Assembly: GCA_963833985.1 (NCBI GenBank)
Contig: CAWIAD010000002.1
Span: 6,208,001 to 6,272,000, forward strand
Reading direction: 5' to 3'
Origin: an uncultured Planctomycetaceae bacterium
GTDB lineage: Bacteria; Planctomycetota; Planctomycetia; Isosphaerales; Isosphaeraceae
Length of the DNA: 64,000 nucleotides
The translations under genes were made by a program, and so were the position numbers. This document shows positions 51,644-59,791 of the stretch, one piece after another. The notes under the pieces were generated by a model. That model made no database searches, had not been told where the DNA came from, and saw nothing but the letters and a program-made list of their open reading frames with translations. How positions within the stretch are numbered: the stretch's first letter is position 1; each line of letters starts with the position of its first letter.

Positions 51644-52366
51644 TCAGTCTTCCTGCCGGTATTCCCAGCCCCCGCCCAGCGCCACGCCCATGCCCGATGA
51701 GCTGAACGGACCGGCGCCGTTGTGCTCGGGACCCATCCGCACGAAGCCCGATGGGCCGGACGGGTTGGGGTCCAGAAGCAGGCCCACGTTGTGCGAGGCG
51801 GGGTCCATCCGGGCGCCGCGCATCCAGAAGAGGCCAGCCTGCCGCGGAAACGAAATGGATTGACCGGCTGCCGCCTGATCGGCCAGTTGCTCCAGGGCCG
51901 GTCGCGACACGAGAAACGCCAGCCGCAAGGGCCACAGGGTCACCACCGTCCCGGGCGGCACCGCGGTCAGGAGCAAGACCGCCAGCGCGGCGACGTGCGG
52001 CCGGCGCCTTGGCATCGCACCCGGTTCGGTCGCCAGGATGGCCCATGCCACTCCCAGCGCGACGAGGGTGGGCGTGATGATGAACACCGTGGCCAGGAAA
52101 ATGGCCGGCATGGCCTGGTAATGCGGCTCTATGCAAGTCGCCGCCGCGAGCATGCTCATCACGATTGCTGTCAAGAGGAAGCCAAGCGCCGCGGTGCGCC
52201 GGTGTCCGCCCGAGACCACCGCTTGAGCAAAAACCAGGGCCGCGATGGGACACGCGAACACGGCCGCGAGCACGAGCCATTGCGACGTCACGACCAGGCC
52301 TACCGCGACGACGGCGATGGCGATCATCCCGGTTCGGATCGTGAACCGTGGAGACCAGGTATTCAT
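51644..52366 (-). CDS. Hypothetical multi-TM membrane protein
   Basis: PRFTIRTGMIAIAVVA N-terminus, about 5 hydrophobic segments. Confidence 0.7.
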   Translation of the reverse strand: MNTWSPRFTIRTGMIAIAVVAVGLVVTSQWLVLAAVFACPIAALVFAQAVVSGGHRRTAALGFLLTAIVMSMLAAATCIEPHYQAMPAIFLATVFIITPTLVALGVAWAILATEPGAMPRRRPHVAALAVLLLTAVPPGTVVTLWPLRLAFLVSRPALEQLADQAAAGQSISFPRQAGLFWMRGARMDPASHNVGLLLDPNPSGPSGFVRMGPEHNGAGPFSSSGMGVALGGGWEYRQED

Positions 52367-52453
52367 CCGTGCCACGTGAGACATCATGGAAGCGGATCCA
52401 TTTCTTTGATGACAACCTCGGTGGCCGGAGAGTCGCAGGAGACCGCAATTCTC

Positions 52454-52942
52454 CTATGGCCTGAGCATGCTGGGCACGGTCGGGTTCGGCTCGATGGGGG
52501 CCTGGAACAGGCTCTTGCCGTTCTCGTCCTGGAGTCGTAGCCGGGGTGAGCCGTCGGGCTCCAGCCCCAGGAAGATCCGTGGCCGGCGCTGGCTGTCCAG
52601 CAGCGTCAGAGCCACCTGGTTCGCCTTGTTGACCGTGAGCACGAGCTGCGGGTGATTGGCACCCCTGTGACTGAGCTGGAATACCGCGCCGTCGTTCGGG
52701 TCGGGCGTGAGGCCCAGCAGCGCGCGGGGATACCCTCCCCTGTCGGTGAGCAGGATGGTCCCCGCACGCACCTCCTCGACGCGCTCGGCAAGCTGGGCGC
52801 CGGCAAGGGTCATGAGAACCAGGCCAGCCACGAGCAGGCCGCCGATGCGTTTCATGAGCCGGTTGGTCCGGCGCAAGTTCCGGCATTCCCGCTCCAGCGC
52901 CTCGACACGATCGGCAAGCTCTTCCAGCGGCAGCTTCACCAT
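52454..52942 (-). CDS. Hypothetical protein: coiled coil, TM helix, repeated L.D..G..R beta units
   Basis: LADRVEALERECRNLRR, TM, LTDRGGYPRALL / LLDSQRRPRIFL / LQDENGK; GAGAGG RBS. Confidence 0.72.
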   Translation of the reverse strand: MVKLPLEELADRVEALERECRNLRRTNRLMKRIGGLLVAGLVLMTLAGAQLAERVEEVRAGTILLTDRGGYPRALLGLTPDPNDGAVFQLSHRGANHPQLVLTVNKANQVALTLLDSQRRPRIFLGLEPDGSPRLRLQDENGKSLFQAPIEPNPTVPSMLRP

Positions 52943-52979
52943 GGAGGCCTCTCCCTGGGACTCCGGCGTACCCGTCCGG

Positions 52980-53663
52980 TCATCGATCACGTACGGAGTC
53001 CATGATCTCTGCAACGTCCTCAAACGTGGTATGAGCATCGGTGTACATGAACGCGAATGCCAGGGTCCGCGCGCCGAACGAGCGGAGCCGGAAGTCGATG
53101 TGAGCCGTCGTGCCGTAGTCAAAGTGAAACCGCTCGTAACTGACCAGGATTCGCCGCCACGATCCGTGAGTTCCCACGCGCATGTCGTGGCTGCAAGCTT
53201 CCGCGGGCGCCTGCTTGACGATCCGCGCCTCCACGTCTTTGATCGAGTCGGGCAGATCGTAGACGCGCACCTGGAAATCGTTGAAGAAGCGTCCCTCGTT
53301 CCCCCAGCCCTCGCTGCCCACGTGCGCCGCACAGCGATCGAAGGGAAGCGCCGCGTTGCAGATCCGGGCGAATTCCACGTCCCATTCGTCGCGCTCGGGT
53401 TGCCGGATCGGCTCGAGCTCAGCGCGCGCGAGATACAGATTGTTCTTGTGTTCGTTGTACCAGTTCACCCAGACGGCGGGGATCTTGAAGTTCAACTTCG
53501 ACGGGTGGAGGGTGATTGCTGCGCGGTCGCGCGATGCGAAGGGGCGTGAGACGTCTCCTTGCTCTGACGTTGTTCCCTGCGGCGAAGCACCAGCCGGCTG
53601 CTCGTAGTTGCAGGCCGCGAGCGGGAAGAGAGTGGCGATCAGGAGACATGACGTGCGACGCAT
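52980..53663 (-). CDS. Hypothetical lipoprotein
   Basis: MRRTSCLLIATLFPLAAC lipobox; GAGGG RBS. Confidence 0.7.
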   Translation of the reverse strand: MRRTSCLLIATLFPLAACNYEQPAGASPQGTTSEQGDVSRPFASRDRAAITLHPSKLNFKIPAVWVNWYNEHKNNLYLARAELEPIRQPERDEWDVEFARICNAALPFDRCAAHVGSEGWGNEGRFFNDFQVRVYDLPDSIKDVEARIVKQAPAEACSHDMRVGTHGSWRRILVSYERFHFDYGTTAHIDFRLRSFGARTLAFAFMYTDAHTTFEDVAEIMDSVRDR

Positions 53664-53870
53664 CGGCCCGCCCTCGATAGGGTCCCCATCAGTCTGCGTC
53701 AAGTCTACACGGCCATGAACTCGGACGCTCGCCATTTTCTGAATTCGAGAACCGCAGATCAAACCACGAAGGTCATGGAGCCAGGAGCCTCGAGGGAATG
53801 ATCAAGGCGGGCCTGCTTCAAGCAGCGCCAGGTGTGCTGGGTGGAGTGGATGTTGAAGCGAAGACGATGG

Positions 53871-54035
53871 AACCACGAAGGGCACGAAGAGCACGAAGAA
53901 GAGGATGGGGATTGTTGCTCGGAGATGCAACGCTGCGCGGGGAAGAGGTAACGGGAAGAGAATGTCGTGCACGAGCCGGGAGGCGCACGCCAGCGACAAG
54001 AGGCATTCTTTGTGGTCTTTGTGTCCTTTGTGGTT
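53871..54035. repeat. Inverted pair of 9-nt-period (CAC(G/A)AAG) triplet arrays; a third arm at 55319-55346
   Basis: AACCACGAAGGGCACGAAGAGCACGAAGAA (53871-53900) vs TTCTTTGTGGTCTTTGTGTCCTTTGTGGTT (54006-54035). Confidence 0.8.
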
Positions 54036-54116
54036 CATATCTTTCTTTCTACCGGCAGCCTCACGGACGGAGGCCTTCCCGGTGCGTCGTCGCTGCGCTG
54101 GACGCACGCGACAGGG

Positions 54117-55202
54117 CTACCTTTTGAGCATTCTCTCCGTGGTTGAACTGACTTTCCCGAACCTCAGCTCGTAGCGTCTTGATCCCAGCGAGGACGTCGA
54201 GAGCATGACCTCGTCGTCTCCCAGGTCGTACAGTGCCGGCCATGTGAGCCAGGTGCGGTCGGGCGAACGCTCGGAGATCCAGCCGCGCTGTGCCGCCAGC
54301 GTCCAGCTTTGTCCGCCGTCGTCACTCCAGGAGATCCGGTTGGTGCACGATGTGAGGAGCAACCGCCCATCACCAAGCTCCACCACGTTAGGGCCCGCCT
54401 GGTGTCCCTGGATGAGACGCCCCAGCCCCTCCGGCCAGTTCAACCCGTCGGCTGACGCTTTCACGTAGACCGGGGCACCGGCCGGCCCCACCACCTCGTA
54501 CACGGCGAGGTAGCGGCCGCTCTTCAAGCGGATGACCACGGGCATGCCCGGGCGCAGCTTGCCGCCGCCCGGCTGTGCCGCCAGGGCACGTTCCTCTCGC
54601 CAGGTGGCTCCGCCGTCGGCCGAGACCCGGATCGAGCAGACCTGGCTGAACGGTGGATTGTCACGTGAGTGCTTTTCATTCGCATAGGCGACGGCCAGCG
54701 TGCCGTCCGGCAACGTGTACAGCCAGGGCTCCCAGAGCCCCCTGCCGAAGATCTCCCGGGGCGCCACCTCGCTGGCATCGATCACGCCGTGGGGGCTCCA
54801 GCTCTTTCCGTCCCGAACTCCGCGAAACACCAGAAGCCGCCCCGATGAGCGGTCCACCGCGACCGACCGGCAGGTCAAGAGCAGCGGTCCGCCGGGGGCC
54901 TGGAACAGCAGGCCGTTGTCGAGGTTGCGATCCGGCTGGGTCACTGCGGTAAGGTCAATCCACGTCCGGCATCGGTCGCTGCTGCGCGCGATCACCAGCC
55001 GGCTCGGCGCGTCCTTCACCAGTTCGGTCCGCACCGAGAGCCACCTGTCCTCGCCCAGTCTCAACACCCGGATCCAGACCGCGTGCCCGGGCTTGACCGT
55101 GTCGCCCCATGCCACCGGTTCATCGCCCTTCGTCATGGGAGGCAAAACCACAAGCGGCATCAAGGAGACGCAGTACGCGAACCCTGAGAATCCTCGTCGC
55201 AT
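54117..55202 (-). CDS. Secreted sialidase-like BNR/Asp-box beta-propeller
   Basis: Asp boxes SSDRCRTW, SADGGATW, SADGLNW, SDDGGQSW; LWEP and RPGMP motifs; start uncertain. Confidence 0.8.
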   Translation of the reverse strand: MRRGFSGFAYCVSLMPLVVLPPMTKGDEPVAWGDTVKPGHAVWIRVLRLGEDRWLSVRTELVKDAPSRLVIARSSDRCRTWIDLTAVTQPDRNLDNGLLFQAPGGPLLLTCRSVAVDRSSGRLLVFRGVRDGKSWSPHGVIDASEVAPREIFGRGLWEPWLYTLPDGTLAVAYANEKHSRDNPPFSQVCSIRVSADGGATWREERALAAQPGGGKLRPGMPVVIRLKSGRYLAVYEVVGPAGAPVYVKASADGLNWPEGLGRLIQGHQAGPNVVELGDGRLLLTSCTNRISWSDDGGQSWTLAAQRGWISERSPDRTWLTWPALYDLGDDEVMLSTSSLGSRRYELRFGKVSSTTERMLKR

Positions 55203-55858
55203 CGCTCTCTTTCCGGCTTGTGACCAGGACGCGAGTGTCACTCGCGGACCATCTTCCTCGGAATACCGTACGCCAGACAGGCTCATCGGCGTGATGCAGG
55301 CAGCATAAGAAAGACTTGAAACACAAAGGGCACGAAGGCCACAAAGGGGGGAAACAGAGCTTTCCACAAGGAGCCGGGCTTGGAGCCTATGATGGGTCCC
55401 GGTCTGGTAGCCGACCTCGTATTCGAATCTGATCAAAAAATCAGCTCGCGTCGAAACGCCTCCTGACGCTCTCGGATCGGTCGGCTCAGAATCGCGATGC
55501 AGCGATCCCAGCCGTGTACGGGGATCCTGCGGCTTGAGGTCTTCAAGAGCCTTCCTCAGCCGGGAGATCTGCTTACGCGTCGCAGCGTATTTCTTCTGTG
55601 CGTAAGCTGTAATGGTTCAGCGTGAAATGGAGAAACCGGGGCCGAAAGATAAGGCAGAGTGAACATTCACACAGATGGACCGATTTACCGCTTTCGTACC
55701 AATCCCGAAGGAGAAGACAGGGCGGCATCGTGCCGCCCCCTTCGGTCTTGGTCCCTGGGTCGGCGCTCAGGTCGTGTCGCCACGTTGCCTTACCTTCCGC
55801 CCAGGCCATCTCTCATCGTAGCCGCACCGAGCTGAACGAGACAATCGCCTCCCTGTGA

Positions 55859-57132
55859 TCAACCCGTCGCTCGGGTCGTCGCACGCACCTGTTCCCTCCT
55901 TTCACGGGCAGTCTCCAGCTTACGGTCGCGGTCGGCGAAGATCGCTGGACCACGGCCGGCCAGCTTGTCGGCCGGGGCGATGTAACCGATCGCAGAATGA
56001 AGACGCACTTGATTGTAGTGATCAACATAACGTTCCACGAGACGACGGGCATCCTCCAGCGACAGCGGCACGCCGGGCCGGATGCACTCGGATTTCAGCG
56101 AGCGGTGCCAGCGCTCGATCTTGCCGTTGCTTTGCGGATAATATGGCGATGTTCTCACATGTGTCATACCGCAAATCCGAATGAACTCCTTGAAATCCCT
56201 GGCGATGAACTGGGGCCCGTTGTCAGAGATGATCCGCGGGCGGGCGTCAGGGTATCGCTCGCGTGCGCGCTGGATGATCGTCTCGACTTCAGCCTCGGTC
56301 ATGCTCGCGCGGAGCTCCCAGTGGACGATGAACCGGCTGCAGCCGTCGAGCAGGCTGCAAAGCGAGTAGAACGTGCCGGCGACGTTGATGTGCGACATGT
56401 CCACGTGCCAGTGCTCGTGGGGCAAAAGTGGCTGCTGGAAGCCTTTGCCTTTGAGTGAAGGTTTGCTGTTATGATGCTTTATCAACCCCGCATCACGGAG
56501 CACGCGATAGACGCTGGAAGGGCTGACCGCGACGACATCGCCGTCGAGCATCATGAACGCCAGTCGCCGGTAGCCGTCGACGGGATGGTCCTTGTGGAAC
56601 TCGATGATGGCTCGCTTTTCCCACGGCTCCAGCCACCAGTCGCGTGGAACCAAGGCATTGTGCTCGTTGGCCAGTCCATAGCGAGTCTTCCAGTTCTGGA
56701 ACTTGCTGGCTGCGATCCCCAGCCAGGTGATGAACCTGGCGACGGGGATCTCGGTTCGCTGCGACCAGCGCCTGACGAAGTCAACGATGCCGTCGCGGGT
56801 ATCGTGGGGAACCCATGCCTTGGTCAGAGCTCCCCAAGCTCTTTTTTTAGCTGGATGTGTTCCTCCATGAGCTCGGCGACGACTTCATTCTTGCGCTGGA
56901 GCTTGTCGCGGAGGGCTGCGATGGTGCGAAGGTGCTGGCTCTCAGAGGGTCCGTTCTTGCGCTGGAAGGCCGCCGTGCCCCCCTCGAAGAACTGCTTCTG
57001 CCAGAGGTAGAACAACGTGGGCGACAGCTGGTGCTCGTCGCAGAGATCGGAAACGGCGACGCGATCGATGAGGTGGCGCCGGAGGATGGCGACCTTCTCG
57101 ACAGGCGTATAGTTCTTGCGGGGCTTTCGCAT
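55859..57132 (-). CDS. IS3-family transposase OrfAB with programmed -1 frameshift
   Basis: OrfA 56824-57132 (HTH + zipper); OrfB with WHVDM, ISDNGPQF, PQSNGKIERW, YNQVRLHSAIGY; A7G slippery run at 56841-56848. Confidence 0.9.
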
Positions 57133-57161
57133 GGTGAGACTCCTGCCGAGTTGTAGTATAA

Positions 57162-58513
57162 GGCGAGCGGCAGGTCTTAGTTTCCCTGCTGCTCGGTGAT
57201 TCTCGGTTTGATAGTGATGTCATACTTCGGCAGGGTCGCCGATCTTTCCAATCGAGCTTCGTACTGCTTCATCTCCTTGGCGGCGACTCGAACGCCATCG
57301 GGATACTCGCCGTGGAGGCGTTTCACGATCGGGTGCCGGCGCTTCCAGGTCATTCGTAGGGCGCATTGCAGGACCACCTTCAGGCAGTTCAGTAACACGC
57401 CGTTCCATTTCTTCTCCAGGGCCGACCAGCAGCGTTCAATCGGGTTGTATTTGCTGTGGTAGGGGGGATAGTACACCAACCGAATCTCCAACCCCGACCA
57501 GTCGGCAAACTGGACCATCCGTTTCAGGAACTGGGTCCGCCGACCGGAGTTCTTGGGGCCGTTGTCCAGATAGATCACCAGGCGCTTGACATGCCCGAAG
57601 CCTGACCGGACCTGCAGCCACCACATGCGGAGCGCATCGGCCCAAGCGTCGCTGGTCTGCGCGATCCGAACAGGAGCATCAATACCCCGGTCACCCGCAT
57701 CACGATGCCGAAAGGGACCAGCTTCTCCTTGGCTGGCGGATCGTGATCCCATCCCTTGGCCACTTGACCGTCGGCGGCGGTCCTGGTTTTTCCCCCCACG
57801 AGCGTAATCGCCCAATCCCACCTTCGCCTTGGTGTCCATGGAGATCTCCAGCGCCTCAGGATCGTCCCGAGCCTGTTGCTGCACCTCCTTCACGTTGGCG
57901 AAGATCGCGTCGGTCTCCTTGGTCTTCTTCAGCGGCCTGCCCTTCTGAATCCGCTTGAGGCGGAAGTTCATGCGGTTGAGGATGTCCCGCATGGTGCGCT
58001 CGCTGGGCAACGCGTCTCGGGGATAGCCCTTGTCAATCAAGGCTCCTCGCACCTCCGCCGCCGACAGGTTCATGTACCGTCGCGACGACTTCAGTTCCGG
58101 ATCGGCGTAGGTATGGGGCTCGACGATCGCACGGATGTCCGCAGCCAGTTGCGGGTCCTTCTCTTCGCTGCGCAGCCGACCTCTCGCGACGAAATTCTCG
58201 AGACAGCGTATCCCTTGACGGGCCTCGTGCAGTCCTTTCAGGACCGTTTCTCGTCCCCAGCCGAAGCGTCGTTCAGCTTGGCGGGCGCTGCCTTCACAGA
58301 GTTCCGTGGCCACCTCGGCCATGAACAATCGGCGCTGGTATCCGGTCAGCCGTCTGGCTCCCGAACAGATCAAGGCGTCGAGGCACTCAGTGGATCCTTC
58401 CATGACGGTTCCCCTCCCTGGTGTACAGACGGCAACAGGCCAGGCTCTAGCCTTGCATCATCTCACAGAACGGGGAAGCTCAATTCCGGGTAGATCTCGA
58501 CGTGCCGGTCGCC
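57162..58513 (-). mobile_element. ISAzo13-family element
   Basis: IRs GGCGAGCGGCAGGTC (57162) and GACGTGCCGGTCGCC (ends 58513), 13 of 15 match; 3-bp TSD TAA at 57159-57161 and 58514-58516. Confidence 0.88.
57177..58403 (-). CDS. ISAzo13-family transposase
   Basis: FGWGRETV, ISMDTKAKV, YLDNGPKNSGRRTQF, YYPPYHSKYNPIERCW; G6A5 slippery run near 57787-57797. Confidence 0.88.
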   Translation of the reverse strand: MEGSTECLDALICSGARRLTGYQRRLFMAEVATELCEGSARQAERRFGWGRETVLKGLHEARQGIRCLENFVARGRLRSEEKDPQLAADIRAIVEPHTYADPELKSSRRYMNLSAAEVRGALIDKGYPRDALPSERTMRDILNRMNFRLKRIQKGRPLKKTKETDAIFANVKEVQQQARDDPEALEISMDTKAKVGLGDYARGGKNQDRRRRSSGQGMGSRSASQGEAGPFRHRDAGDRGIDAPVRIAQTSDAWADALRMWWLQVRSGFGHVKRLVIYLDNGPKNSGRRTQFLKRMVQFADWSGLEIRLVYYPPYHSKYNPIERCWSALEKKWNGVLLNCLKVVLQCALRMTWKRRHPIVKRLHGEYPDGVRVAAKEMKQYEARLERSATLPKYDITIKPRITEQQGN

Positions 58514-58557
58514 TAACTCGGGTGGTACGCCTCTCCATTTCCGGCTGAAGCAAGACA

Positions 58558-59179
58558 AAGCAAGCTTCGCCTGCGCGGCCTCAATCTCCCGTTTTGCAAC
58601 TTGCTCTTCCTTCCGCGCGGCCGCGATGCGCGCCAGGGCATAGCTCTCGTTGGCCTGCTGCCATGCGCTCGATGCCTCCTTCCCCGGCTGTTCCGTGGCC
58701 TTCCGCGCGGCGTGGACCAGGGCCAGAAGCGCTTCCTCTCTCGCGATGTGGGCGTCGGAGGCGGCCGCCTCACTCACGGCGACGGTCACCTCTCGCCTCG
58801 TCGTCAGGGTCTCTGACTCAAGCAATGCGAGATCATCCTCGGCTTGCTCGATGTCATCGGCAGGAGAGCCGGGAGCTCCGTTCAACAGATCCAGGTCATT
58901 ACGAGCCTCAGCGAGATTCTTTTCCAGGAGCTCGCTCAGTCGCTGCACCGTCTTCGCTCTTTGCACGGTAGCTTCCTTCGCTTGCCGGGCTGCCTTGAGC
59001 AACTTCTTTGCATCTTCCACGGAGATTGGCCGATCTCCCGGGGACCGCTGTACCTTGACGCCGTCATCGGGTCGGGCACGCGCTGCGGGTGCGGGTGCGA
59101 GCACCATGCCGCAGGCCGCGATCAGCGAGAGCCAGCCCCTTCGATGAATCCAGATGACGCGGGCCCTGCGGGTCAACAT
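58558..59179 (-). pseudogene. Secreted coiled-coil protein interrupted by the IS3; continuation resumes at 55607
   Basis: GGAGG RBS, signal-like N-terminus; ...EIEAAQAKLA joins YAQKKYAATRKQISRLRKALEDLKPQ across the TSD. Confidence 0.75.
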
Positions 59180-59335
59180 GAGCACCTCCGGTTCCGACGT
59201 GCTGCTCTCACGCTCTTGGCCGTACTGCTGACGATACCCAGCTCGCATTCAGAATACGACACGCGCGAGCGACTTCAGAGATGTGAGTTTCGCTCGAGGT
59301 CATGCACCGGGACCTGGCTACCCCTCGGTGGCGTC

Positions 59336-59761
59336 TTACCTGCCGAGGTTGTGCGGCCCGAACGCCCGGGGAAGGAGGCTCGCGAGAGCGGTTTCGATCG
59401 TGGCGGGGCCATCGCAGACGCTCAGCACGTCGGCATCGGGGCCGAACTCGTTGAGGACCTGCCGGCAGGCGCCGCAGGGGGCGGTGGGGCTGGCCGTGGG
59501 AGTGTAGACGAGGACGGCCCGGATGCGCACCGGGCCGGCTGATCCTGATTGTGCGACGGCCTGGAACACGGCGGAGCGCTCGGCGCAGATGGTCAGGCCG
59601 TAGGAAGCATTCTCGACGTTGCAGCCGCTGAAGATCTCGCCCTGCTCCGTCAACACCGCTGCGCCGACGGGGAACTTGCTGTACGGGCAATAGGCGCGCG
59701 AAGCCGCTTCGCGCGCGGCCTCGAGGAGTGCTGTTCGTTGCTCGTCCGGGATCATGGTCAC
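59336..59761 (-). CDS. cdd: Cytidine deaminase
   Basis: AYCPYSKFPVGAA, GCNVENASYGLTICAER, PCGACRQ. Confidence 0.95.
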   Translation of the reverse strand: MTMIPDEQRTALLEAAREAASRAYCPYSKFPVGAAVLTEQGEIFSGCNVENASYGLTICAERSAVFQAVAQSGSAGPVRIRAVLVYTPTASPTAPCGACRQVLNEFGPDADVLSVCDGPATIETALASLLPRAFGPHNLGR

Positions 59762-59791
59762 GTCACGCCCACTCCCGAGGCGGTGGCCGGG

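Larger units (their letters stand above)
55608..58557 (-). mobile_element. IS3-family element (~1.6 kb by itself) carrying a nested ISAzo13
   Basis: IRs TGTAATGGTTCAGCGTGAAATGGA (55608) and TCCATTTCCGGCTGAAGCAAGACA (ends 58557); 4-bp TSD AAGC at 55604-55607 and 58558-58561. Confidence 0.92.
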
